A DNA stretch of 64,000 bases, from positions 37,758,001 to 37,822,000 of the forward strand of contig CM060731.1 in assembly GCA_030704615.1 (NCBI GenBank), read 5' to 3'. Made by a program: the position numbers and the translations under genes. Position 1 is the first letter of the stretch; each line of letters begins with the position of its first letter. Shown one piece after another: positions 32,919 through 45,800 of this stretch. The notes beneath the pieces were generated by a model, which was not told the origin of the DNA, did not search any database, and was given only the letters and a program-made list of their open reading frames with translations. This DNA comes from Takakia lepidozioides (taxonomy: Eukaryota; Plantae; Bryophyta).

Positions 32919-34582
32919 GATGATGGGGGGAGCATCGACCCTCTCCCTCGAGGATGGGGAGGTAGTACCACATATCGATTGTGGCCCTAGAGCGACCATT
33001 TTTCGTGGCGAGGGCACCCATTGCACCTGATCCAATACAGGTTGCGGGCACAATCGTAGAAGGGACCGGGGCCAAATTTCAGGTGATGCGGAGGATGTTG
33101 ACACTCCGGGATCGAGTCGGGCGCGCCGCGGGTTGCCCCCTCGCGGGCCACCCCGTCCAACCACGTCCACCTTTGACCCCCCCCCCCGACAGATTGAGTG
33201 TTGGTGCACTAAGTGTTGGGAACGGATACCGCCGGGGCGGCACCAGACCACCGAGGCGGCGACCGCATGTTGTCGAAAAACATTACAAGAAGAACAAGAT
33301 TGCGGATGCGGCAAAGGTGAGTGTTTTTCCCACCCCTCTCATTAACATTCATTTAAGGTACATTTAGGTTTATCTAATAATATAATGAATTTGACATAAG
33401 TATTGATGCGTCGTTCACTACGCACATTGCAGCCACGACTTGATGCCCAAGCTCGCAATCACATTGCACAGGAGGCATTTCGCGCCGGTCTACTTGCAGA
33501 ATTTGTGCCAGAGCATGTGCCCGATGTGACCAGTTGGTTCCCCCAGCAGATGAGATGCGTAGGGTCGAGGGGTATCGTAGGTGTCGTAGGCGTTATGGCC
33601 GGCGACGAGCAGGCCCACCCCCCCCCCCCCCCTCCAGTTTCCTCAGGCGGTCCCCCTGATTGTGGCCTCCCCCCCCCCCCTGTTTCTTTGCCTGATCCAC
33701 CTCCGGTTGTACCTGATCCGGACGTTGTACCCCGGCTGCACCTCCGACATTACATCCTCAACCACCTCCACTTTCATCTCCTCCGCCAGCAGTACCACTC
33801 CACCTCCACCTCCACGTGCATGTGCCCCCCGAACCCCTAGGAGGGGTCGGCTTCGCCCTAGGTTTCCTCCCCTTCGGCTTGGGCGGCCTGAGCCGGATCC
33901 TCGCCCCCGATGGGAAGCGCATAGGACTATGTTACTGAGGACCGTCCAGCCTCGTTGTTGGGAATCATCTCGACCCTCCCACCCCATCCGAGAAAAATGT
34001 GGAGTTCGAGTATTGGGGGAGACGGTATGTTGTGAGAGCCGCTACAGACCCTGCTATGGGTCGGGGTTTATTCACGGTCAATGATATTGTGGTTCCTCCT
34101 CGGAGAAACAACATGGTGGACTTGTTTCCCTACTACGGTCCATACTACACCTCCGCGGAGTTCCGTACATTACGCCTCGAAGCCCCATACATCCTACCCT
34201 ACATTTTGTGTGTCAACGACAGATGTACGTAGACGGGGTTGTCTCCCATTGAGATCAGATTTTGTGATGGTGACCCCGACATCTTCGGCAATGTTGCTGG
34301 GCTGGTCAATAGTTCTTTTGGTCATCCTAGGAGAACCAATGTAGTATGGGACGAGCGAAGCGATGGGCATGAGAGCTTTTGTGGTCATACGTCAGTATAT
34401 GTGAGGGGATGCACATGTTTGTGATGACATGTGCTAGTAGGACTATTAGGGCTGGCAGCGAACTATTTGCATCATACGAGTTCTCCCGGGATGATTGGGA
34501 CCTCCGATTACAGCGTGAGTGGGATGTGTATGATAGAAATAGGGTTCCTTTGAGACAGGGATCGCGTAGAGGGGCATTGTAG
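32919..34582 (+). pseudogene. CACTA-borne SET-domain protein (Cys/His exon, Pro-rich linker, SET), frameshifted
   Basis: MGRGLF (~34059), LFPYYG, GNVAGLVNSS (34287-34316), ASRTIRAGSELFASY (~34434-34477), matching the SET order GxG / YxG / RFINHS / GEELxxDY. Confidence 0.75.
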
Positions 34583-35569
34583 ATATTCTCATGATGTACT
34601 TTGTATACATCCGATTAATCGATTGATGTAAATTTTTTTTCTTGTTGCTCGTGTGGGTTGCAACTTTGCATATGTGATCTAAACATACTTATGCACATGT
34701 GGACCAAATATGAGCTTGAACCAAGTTGATTCAATGGGTCATTCTAGTGTTGAACGCAGCTACGTGTCATAGAGACGGAAAATTTTTTGCAGATGATTTT
34801 TTTTTTATTCCATTTTCAAGCCATATGCTTAATGATAGCATATGCAATGTGCGTGCAAAATTTGGGAGTAAACAAAAGTCATTTGGACCCATAACCAGAT
34901 TTTGTTCTCTCATTTGCACTCCAAAGTTGAGTTATCTTCAACTTCATGCACTCTTTCATAGAGAGTTTGCAAAAGTGACCCTAGAAACACACTTATTTTT
35001 TTTCCATTTTTTTTGTCCCATTTTTTGCATGGATGTAGTGGTGCAAAGCCGATGTCACAGAACAAAATAGAGCTAAAAAAAAAATCATTACGCCCCTCAA
35101 AACCGCAATCATATATTTTCTAAATGCAAATATTTTTTTAAATTTTTAAATTCGATTTAATTCAAATTGGTGCAAGGGTGAGTGCGTCGTTGGGGAGGCA
35201 ATTTTTTTTTTTTTTTTTTTTTTTTTGCTGGATCTTTGTACAGGTGTTGCACACATATTTAAGCACATGTAGGAAAAAATGAAGCTTGAGCCACATCCGT
35301 TTGTTGGGTGCAATGGCATGAGAGGATTTTCTTTCACATTAATAAACAAAATTGGTTGATAGGGTGAATGCGTCATTGGGGGGCAAATGATTTTGTTTGG
35401 GTTTGAAACTTTGCATGCGTGTACGTTGCGCACATACATGTAATTATTGAATGACATATTTGATGCACACACACATTGAAGGTTGTTGTTTGCATTTCGC
35501 TTATAATGAAGTGTATGGTTGCAAGGACACATTATAATATATGTCCCTATGTTCATTTGTTCGTATCAG

Positions 35570-38500
35570 GACTTTGTCCATCCCTTCCCGGTCTTTTCTC
35601 TTGGCACCCCATCCGAAAACAACCCAAGTACATCAGGCGGGAGCCGTGGGCGAGACGCCGCCCCCACGGTACCGATGATGACGATGACAGTGATAGTGAC
35701 AGTGACAACAACAATGAGCATGGAATTTAACCAGGAGGATGTGCAAGCCATGGAGGATCTCTTAATGCATCATGTGGGCGCTGATGCATCCCATGAAGAG
35801 GGAACCCGGCCAATCGATGATCCTGAAATGGCCCCCTCAAATGACATGGAGAGGGAGGCGAGAACTCCCTTGTACGAAGGGCGAAAGTGAGTCGACTTTC
35901 AACAATCTTACTTTTGCTCAATCTTCAAATTCGATTTGGCATAAGTAATGTTGGGATGTCTGCCATAATGCGAACTATTGCAGACTATATCCTTGCTCCA
36001 CACTTGAAACCCAAGATGCCACGGTCGCGGAAGGAGGCACGCGAAGTCTTGGACTCTGTGGGGATGAGCTATAAGATTTTTCATGCATGTCCATGTGATA
36101 AAACCCTATATTACGAAGAGGATTCACATCTCACCAAGTGCCACGCAAGGTATTGAGGGCACAGTACCGAAGCCCCGAATTGGCCAGACTCATGAGATGA
36201 CACGCCTCGCATCGGCCCCGGGAAGGTGTGCGGCCACAAGATTCACAAGCATGGAGGCATATTGAAGAGATGTGGCTTTTCTCTTGGAGGACCCACGACA
36301 TGTCCACCTCGGCTTCTCCTCGGATGGGGTCAACCCATTCTCTGTCCAGTCATGTAGTCATTCCACTTGGCCGGTGACCATGGTGAATTACAACATCCCT
36401 CCGTATCTTTCAATTAAAAAAGGTCATATCATGTTGGTTGCCATTGTGCCAGGTGAGTGTACTCATTTCATGTTTATTATTGCCTTCGACTTTACATTAA
36501 ACTTCTGATCTTTGACGCAATTCGGATGCAAGATTGATGAGTGACATAATCATGAAGTAAGACGTGTAATTCATTTTGTAGTATAATCTTGCATATTGGT
36601 GGAGCATTGAAAATGATGTGAATGTCTCAAAGGGAAAAAAAGTGACAAACATGGACACGTACTTGCGACCTCTTGTTGATGAACTTAAAGAGCTATGGAG
36701 GGGGGTCCCGGCATTGGATGCTTCACTTGACCCTATGGCCGGACAATCTTTTCAGATGGGAGACATCTTGCTTTGGACAATGCATGATTATCCAGGTATA
36801 TTATGTTCCCATGAACAACCCGCGTACATTCACTTGTCAATGCCGGATGAGGATGAGGTAGCGGCGACAGTCTTGTGCACCGTAGTGGGGTAGATGGCAT
36901 TATGGGCCATGCACATGACAACTTTTTGTTTTTGCTAATGTGGCGGGATGTGTAGTACAGGACTAACTGTTTGCTCGGGGCTAAGCACCAAAGGGTACCA
37001 TGCATGCTTGCATTGTGGGCGATGATCTTGATGCACATAGCTCCCGCCATCTTCACAAGATGGTGTATCCCAACTACCGCAAATTTCTTCCTATGAGCCA
37101 TCGATGGAGAAGAAGAGAGAAACACTTGTTTGATGGCAAAGAGGAAGTACGTCCCCCCCCCTATGACACCGTCCGGGCAGTTTTGGGAGGACCGATGGAA
37201 GGAGGCCCATGCGGGCACGGACGGTGAAGTGGACGTGCCCGGCATGAAACGACTTTCAATCTTCTACGAGTTGCCATATTGGGCGGTACATATTCCACAA
37301 AAACACCGTCAATATCCCTATGCATGCATGTGATATTGATGCACATTTGGTATCGTGCATTGTCACTACTTCATCACGTAAATTTTTTTGTATAAGTCTT
37401 TGTGGATGAGGATATATGTAGGACCTGAAGATTCGTCATCTTCTACATCCCATGCATATTGAGAAGAATGTCTCCTCGTCCTTTTTTCGGGTTCTTTATG
37501 GCATGCTGGCAAAGAAGGGAGTGGCTGCAAAAGGAGATTCTCTCAGTGTTAGAAATGAGCTTGAGGAGCAGGGTCGCATGCGCCATCTATGGGCCGACAA
37601 AAATGGTTGGACCCAAAGGGTGTTGTACGGTGGAAGTATAGGCGCGCACCTTGGCAATGGACAAAGGAGGAATACAAGAAAGTGATAGCCACCATAAGTG
37701 CTGTCCGAACACCAACTGGTTATGGGTCATCCCTCCGTACGAAGTTCAGTGAAGAAGACGGGGTCCATGGTTTGAAGTCTCATGACTACCACAATCTATT
37801 GCAAGACATCTTGCCCATTGCAGTACGTGGGACATTGACTCCCGAGTTCGTGAGACAATCTATAGATGGGAGGCTTGTTCCGGTGACTTGCTCCAAAGAG
37901 TTGGAAGAAGCAGCAGATTTTCCACGCATGAAGAAGGAGGCGGCGGAGGTAATGTGTATGTTGGAGATGCACCTTCCTCCCTCCTTCTTTGACATCCAAG
38001 TGCACTTGGTAGTGCACTTAGTGGAAAAGGCTTCGATTGCCGACCCCGTTCATTCTCGGTGGATGTACTTTCCTTGGAGCTTTTATGAAGACTTTGAAAG
38101 GATTTGTAAGACAAATGACGCACCTGGAGGATAGCATGGCGGAGAGGTATACGTTGCAAGAAGCTATGTTCTATTGCACGGAGTACATGACAAGGGTGGA
38201 TGAGGAATCCCCTCAGATGTGGAAGGAAGAGAAGGATGCACGAACCAAAGACATCGTTTTGCCCAAAAATCGAAGAGGGTAAAATTGCCGACCTTTGTGA
38301 TTGAGCTAGCGCATGACTTCATACTGAAGAACACCCCATCCATACATGAGTGGGAGGCAAGATACAAAAATCTTGTTCAACAACGAGAGGAGGAGATGCT
38401 TGCATGGAGGCGGAACCATCCAAGGCCGGTTACTAGACGCCCACGACGAGGAGCGGGCCGCCGAAATGTTCCTTCACAAAATTTGCCCATGGAATTGTAG

Positions 38501-39374
38501 TCTCTAAGTTCATTCCAACAGTGGCTTCGGACTTCAGTTTATGACGCCGTTGCTCAAAGAGAGCTGGTTTCAGATTTGGTGCAAGACATTGCAAGGGGCC
38601 CCTCTCAATTCGCGACCTCATACACGGTGGTTTGGGTTCACGGTCGTCATTTCCGCATTCGTGCTCTTGACATGAAGCGCAAAACAACCTTTGATTCTGG
38701 CTTGTGTGCCACATATTGGCAAGACTCCGTGTGGGGCAAGGGAGATACACGACCTGCTATGAGCAAACTTGAGTACATTGGAGAGCTTGAGAGCATACTT
38801 CAACTTTAGTATACAAGGTACCGGCCTCTTTTTTTTAAGAGAAGGTGGTTCCAGCCACATCTTGTGGGCCCTCCGCAACACTAGTGCAAGATGATTGTGG
38901 TTTCATGCGCGTCAATGCAGATACCCTACTCATCGTCCCTCCGATGAGCCTTTTTCACGGCCTTCAGACATGGAGCAAGTTTTCTTCTCCGATGACAAAA
39001 TAAGGAGGGGGAATTGGAAGGTGGTTGTGCATGCTCAGTCAAGAGGAAGACGTATCTATCATGGTCTCGGATCTCCATGGGGTAAGGCAATTGCGGTGGA
39101 CGGAAAGACTGGTCATAATGATGCTGATGATGGAGTGGTAGAGGGGGTAGAAGAGGATGATGACGCCCCGGACAATGCATCCTGGACCCTATATGATGAA
39201 GCTCTAGAAAATACGGATGTTGGAGAAGGAGACGAAGACACGGCCATTGACAACGATGGATTCGGAGGTGCCTTTTGAGGGCCAGGCCATTTATGACAAT
39301 GACTCCGATGACCAAGAAGACTTGCAGCTTGATGAGGATGAAGAGGCTCCGGATGATGATGTTCAAGTTGATTA
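35570..39374 (+). pseudogene. CACTA Tnp2/TnpD-type transposase (Transposase_21, DUF4218- and DUF4216-like regions), with introns and frameshifts
   Basis: HACPCD, LGFSSDGVNPF, STWPV...YNIPP, DTYLRPLVDELKELW, TMHDYP, MHIEKNV, GLKSHDYH, PPSFFDIQVHLVVHL, EQVFF. Confidence 0.93.
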
Positions 39375-39619
39375 GACACAAAATCAAAGCCACATAACAA
39401 TTCTCGCACCGATATGGACCCATCCCTTCGATTGATTATACATATACATGCATATTGTACTTTATTTCTATGATTCATCAAATATGGCTGTGGCTGGTAG
39501 TCTTTCAAGAAAGAAGGCAGATGCAATGAATATGTTGGAGCAACACATACAGATGTGGTATCAAGAGAATTATCAAAATGAATGTCACAATCTACAAGAA
39601 GGTCCACAACAACAAGCTA

Positions 39620-40295
39620 AACCATAAAGAAAAACAAACACCCTACCCCAGTACCATACGAAAAAAAAAAAACTAAGAATCCCCAAAGGCCCTAAACCTA
39701 GAAAGCCCTGTCGTCGCCTCCTGCGACCCTCACGCGTTACTAACTGCGACGCGTTTTCTTGGATTTATCAGGCCGGGGGTTGCAAACGGCGACCGCCAAC
39801 CGTCGCCAACTGCGACCTGTTTTTTTGAATGGATTTATGAGGCTGGTGGCCAGCCGTCGCAAACTGTGACATGTTTTTTTGTTTTGAAAGAATAGGCAGC
39901 CGGGCAGTTTGCGACGCCCGGACGTCGCAGGGGCCTTTTGCCCTTCATGCCACCATGCGACGGCCGGACGTCGCAAGAAAGGGCTGCGATGAAAGAAATG
40001 GTTTTTTTTTTTTTCGACGTGCGACGACCGGCCATTGCCAGAAAGGGCTGCCTTCTACCCTTCGCTGGGGCGACGCTTAGGCGTCGCACGGAAGGGCTGC
40101 CATTTTCCCTTCATCACTCCGTGCGACGGCCAGGCGTCACCGCCTGGCCCCGGCGCCAGGTTTCACTCCCGCGGGTTTGGCTGCGACGGCCTGGCGTCGC
40201 AAACACGCTCCGCGGGGTTGGCGTCGCACGCTCGGCGCCGCGCGGGGCTTGGGGGCGCGGCTGGCGTCGCAAACCCCCCCCCATTTGCTGTAGTG
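39620..40295. repeat. Right CACTA subterminal repeat array and TIR
   Basis: GCGACG/CGTCGC motifs in both orientations ending in TGTAGTG. Confidence 0.9.
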
Positions 40296-41172
40296 ATAGC
40301 TTGGAAGGCCACCAAGTTGCGCTGATAAACATACACTATTCATCCTGAAACAACACCTGTCCATAGCATGTGAGGGAGATGTGCCAGAAATGCTAGTATT
40401 CTTGTTTGTATCTGCATCATATCCGGATCTCGAATAATTAGTAATTTACACACAGCATATCTCGTTTGTTGTTTCTTGTAAGCAGACCTGCAAAATATGT
40501 ACTTAAGGCCTCTGCAAAATATTTTTGCTGGTATGAATTACTCCTTACAAATTGAGACAAACCTAATATTCATGATCTCGGTCATAAGGACATTTCAGTT
40601 TTCATATGAATGAGAAGGATGCATAAACTCGAACTTGGATCCATAATTTAATACCAGTGAGAATGCCTGAAAGTCGCAGTGTGAGAACATGAGGGTGGAT
40701 GATCTTCAGATTGCTGCAAGCATCCCACAAAATTTCGGTGCTTTCAAAGGCTTGAATGATATCTAGCTCGCTCAGGCTGCGCGCACTTGATTCTCAACTT
40801 GGAATTATCTTGCACACACCAATTGAGCCCGGTATTCTACATACTAAAGTTCGATTCAGCACTGTTAAAGATAGAGCGAGAACTTTCTAAACGACCGGGA
40901 TATCCTTGATGATCATTAGACAAGAATCGGTGAGGCTTATGTACACAACAAATAATTTATTGGCTGACCGCACAATTCAAGAATAACCTGGTGTACATAT
41001 TATTATTTGTTTTATAGTATATGTGGAGGACTTCCGCTCTCAGAAACTAACAGAGCTCAGAGCTCAGTGTAGATAGTGCATATCAGAGAGAAACAATGGT
41101 CGTTCAGGGCCGGTACTATCTAGAATGATGAGACAAAGTTTTCTTCCACGGTGGACTGGTCATAAAATTAAT

Positions 41173-41699
41173 CTAGAAATTTGAGGGCAACAGGCCTGCG
41201 CCCTGCAAGTGACTGTAGTACCATATGTTGTCAATGTCAATTGATGCTGGCTTCTTCTGGTTCAGTTTTGCACGCATCGTAGCTGCCATCCTGAAGGGAC
41301 CAGGGGAATGCTTACATAACAACATTACACTACACATCGTTCAACTGGTGGTCTAGCTTGAAAGTAGATGCAAAGTCTAGATCTCCAGATCATATGATAA
41401 ATCGGTCTCCAACCTCCCAGAATGCAGCACATCGACCAACTGAGAATTGCACTTACATAGACCTGTCTATTTTTTGAGACTTGTACAGAAATACTACTTT
41501 TGTAAGATCTCTGCTCAGCTTCTTTCAAATATATGCCGACATTACCACTGATCTCAATGCGTCATCTGTTTAGAACTTACCAGATTTGTCCCAGGGGCTC
41601 CTTTTCCACAGAGAATTGATCAAGAATGTAAATGGCAACAAAGGAAAGAAACAGAAACAAGAAACGGAAGGGGTGGCAAGAGAGGGCCAAGATGTCCAT
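41173..41699 (-). CDS. Putative two-exon small protein (78 aa) with a hydrophobic N-terminus; exons 41699-41581 and 41290-41173
   Basis: TG|GTAAG donor and CCCTTCAG|G acceptor are phase-compatible; CT-rich leader and TATA-like sequence near 41815; no recognised family. Confidence 0.35.
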
Positions 41700-42848
41700 T
41701 GCGAGAAGGGACGCGAGGGATGTCCGATTGAGAAGAAGATATGAGCGATCTCCAGTGTGGCGGGGCAAGAAAAGAGGACGCGCGACGCAGAAAGTAATTG
41801 GGAGGACCAAGTTATATGTCAACTTTGCCGAGTGCTTTCCATCCGTCCAATCATCGACTCCTTATCATCCAACCCACAATGAAAGTAAGGGTTCCAAGTC
41901 TTGGCGGGGGTTATTATGAAGGTCCACAGCAGAGAGTGTGTGGCAGCAGCCAATAGCGGGGCTTGCCATGGGGTGGGCCTTGGTCAAGCCTACACGTGTG
42001 GGCAGTGGAGAAGCGGAGCAGCCTTCTGTAAGGGTCCACAATGCTAATAAGTAATAACCAGTTCCTCCTCTCCTCAGCGACACCACAATGGACTCAGAAG
42101 TTTAAGGGCCAGGAAGTAAGAGCAAAATAAGCAACCTGTCCTCAAGTAGAGTTATTATGTCTGTCGCCCTGAGATAACTGTTATGGTTCAAGTACATGGG
42201 GGTGCCTTTCAGACTTGCTTGTCACTTCCCCAAATCATGAGGCTTCTACCAGTAGAAGAATAGAGCGCAAGCATTTGGCTACAGATGGACAAATGTTGAA
42301 GCTGCTTATGACGTCGACGACGACGACGACGGGAGACCACTCGTGCTCCCGTCGTCGCATCCCTCGATGACATATGCCCCTTTGTTTCATTAGGGGGAAT
42401 TGGAGATAATATTGGTCCAATATAAAGTTTAGTTAATATTTATAAACCCTAAACTCGCATTCAAACTCATTTCAATGCTTCTTGTTGTATGCTTTTCTTT
42501 TCAGGCTCATGGGTGTGTCAGAAGTGCGGCTGAAGAAGTGCGGCTGAAGCTGATCTAATCTTCAGAGTGGAGGATGTGACATGAAGGCAAGACAAGGCCT
42601 CCCAAATGTCAACCCTAAGAGTTCAGTCTTACAAGATTGCTACTACATGAACAAGCATACTGCAGGCTAGGCCTTTGCATTCCAATTGCCACACTGCCTG
42701 AACCACAGCTCCAAGATTGAAGCCAGCCTTTGACCAAGGGCAGGCACAAGAAAAGAGGCTCCAGTGGTGGCCACAAGATGAAAAGCCCTAGCGAGGGTTG
42801 TGGTACCTGGAGCATAAATGTCATATAATTAAACAGGGAGGATATAGA

Positions 42849-45800
42849 TCATCTGCCTGTTGCAGCTGGCACTACTGCATCACCTGGAACAATGCCAGAG
42901 TTGGACTCAGACACTTCGTCAGCTGCCAACAACTCAGCATCATAGGTCACTGTTTCTAGGCGCATTCCATCCATTCCATTCTGTAATTTGGGTCCTTGGT
43001 TGGCTTTCTTCCACCACCACTTCTAGCATTGTCGGCCTGTTCTCTGGTGCATTTTGAGCGCAAAGGGTCGCTACCTGGACCAAAGTACAAAACGAGTTTC
43101 AGTAGGTGTTTACTCTCCTGAGTAAGAATATTGAGAACAACCAAAGGAGGAGACAAAGAGACTACTAGAAACTTTGTTGGTGTATAATCTCCAGCAGGTT
43201 TGCTAAGTGAAATACCGTATGTTGAACAAAACTACAGTATGACAAACTCACCTGCAGCACCCTCCTCAGCTCTTCCTCTTGAAATTTGCCATCCAGTTTT
43301 GGATCAACCAGCTCTTGAAGATTGCCTTGTTTCACCAAGGGTGCTGCCCACTCCACGATTGTGCGCTTAGTGCCTGCCACACGTTCAATGGGCTTCTTGC
43401 CACTAATAAGCTCCAGCAACAGGATCCCAAAGCTGTAAACATCGCAGCTCTCAGAAACTTTTCCCCACATGGCATACTCGGGTGCCAGGTAGCCCAATGT
43501 CCCCTTCACTCGTGTTGTAACGTGGGTTGCCCCATCGGGAATCAACTTTGCAAACCCAAAATCTGCGACCTGAGCCTCAAAGTTGTCGTCCAATAGAACA
43601 TTGCTGGCCTTTACATCGCGGTGAATGATGTGCGGAGTTGAGTAGTGGTGTAGGTAACTGCAAAGAAAGGCATCACGTATGGAATCACTGAGATTACTCA
43701 GTAGGTGTGGGTTGCATAGCATCTAATGTCAGTTTTAGGATCTGCAACTTAGTGACAAATGGACAAAAAATAAGCAAACCAACAGTAAGACAAAAAAATA
43801 TCTGCACTAGTATTTCCACAGAAAGAGTTCCATAGTTTTGGGAAAGGAGGGAAGGGAATAGAGAGATATGTACTTATCCCACTGAGCTTGCCATTGCCTG
43901 GTGACGGAAGAAGACCCCCTACCCAGTTGCTAATGCAAATAGAGGGGGGAGAGTGATGCAAGGTTATATCTCACTTACGCAAGGCCTTCTGCAGATCCAA
44001 TGGCAATATTCATTCTTCGTGGCCAGTCAAGAGTGGCATCTGCAGCAAATTGTCCATGCAAATGAGACAGTAGGCTGAGCTTGGGCATATAGTCATACAC
44101 AATCAGCCGCTCTTGCCCCTCAGCACAGTAGCCTCGTAAGCTCAGGAGGTTTTTATGGCGGACACGACCCAAAATCTCAACTTCTACGGCAAACTCCATC
44201 TCTGCCTTGGTGCTCCAGACTTTCAGCCTTTTCACTGCAATCTGCATACCGTCAACCAGAATCTCACTCAGCTCCACATGCTCACATCCAGGGCCAGACA
44301 TCATACTCACGGCAAGAAGATGGGCTGTAACAGACTGGAGTGGGCTTGGTTCAATCAGCCATGGGATCCAAACTGCATCTAATGACTGAGTACTACAACT
44401 ACAATGGTTCAGTCCCACTGCTAATTCAAAGTTTCACTAGCCATACCACTCCTTGGAGCATCCCTTATCTATTCAAAACATGGATCCATGCACCTTACAG
44501 TTCTGTAACCTGCTACAATCAAGGTCATGATATACTAATCAAGTAATGGACTTGATGTCTGCTTTGTTCCCTGATGTCTCATCTCATACTCTCGTTTGCC
44601 TTCCAGGAGTACAAAATCAAATTCAACATTGAGTGGTGAAATGTCTTATAGCTTTGAGTATAAACACATACCAGGCTTAAATGTGTTAGCAAGTCACAAG
44701 CCCTCTTTACCAAATATTCTCTAATGACGTACCTGCTGATGACATATTTTATTGTGGAAATTATAATTCTGTCCTAGTCCCTAAACCTTGCAGAAATTCT
44801 GGTGATGACCTCAAGCGACTGAGGATGGAGGACATTCAAGTACGAAACAGAGGTGACAACTGTGGGTAGCTGTTGTACACTATTCAACACTGTTGCTGAA
44901 ACTAAAAACTATATAAAGTTTGGTACGTCTTTGATTAGCAAGTATCTAAACATTTACAGGTGAACCCATCATGCGCCCCCACAAAACAAACTTCACAGGA
45001 ATACTAACTCACTCCAATGCTTTCTGAAATTGAAGACCATGTTCATACTCCATAAATTGCAGTACGAGATCCCTCCCACTGACTTGAGCAAGGTCAGGGC
45101 GGGGAGGGGTAGAATCTGTTGACAAGGGTACTGATTATATAGGAGCTACGATTAAAGTGAGGTCGAAGCAGTAAAGTCCACATTGCCCAAACAGTTTCTC
45201 CAATAGATTGACATTGTGTGACATCTCATGTCCGAAATGGACAAGTTAGGCAAACTGGGACCTTGTCCCTCAGGGTGTTTGATTGATGACTTTGACACTG
45301 TCCCACATGTACCAGAATTGCAGGCAGACACGTTATGGATATGTCAACAACTCTGACCGATCATTTTGCATGCTGAAAGGGTTAGCAAGAATGGCCAGTC
45401 ACAAGGCTTTCAAACCAACGAGTACTTAGGATTGTGAAGGGTCCAAGTTGAGAGGTAAAACTCTCCCACCCATCCAAGTATAATGGGGTTGCAACAAGAC
45501 AATCGTTCTGTGGAGTGTATACAAGACAGCACTTTGAAGGAGAAATAAATGTAGTTGAGTTGTTCTTTTGGGATGAGTGCAGGGTGCATGCAGCAGGCAA
45601 CCTGTGCCATGACGACAAGGCTTGCAAGGGGCCGAACTCATGCCAGTGCTCCTGATTCAAAGATTTTTAGACCAGGGAGGCCTTCCAAAATTCTATCTTT
45701 GTCCTGGTTAGTGCATCACTCACACTCACTTTGAGGTCTTTGTGCAAAGTCGTATTTTGCTGGTTAGACTCTCTGCAGTTGTTAAAAGAGGTCAGATTTC

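Larger units (their letters stand above)
16549..40295 (+). mobile_element. CACTA (En/Spm) DNA transposon, 23.7 kb including nested retrotransposons
   Basis: Left end CACTACAGGAAAAGGGGG; right end reverse complement CACTACAGCAAATGGGGG; 3-bp TSD ATA at 16546-16548 and 40296-40298; subterminal GCGAC repeats; Tnp2 transposase inside. Confidence 0.95.
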
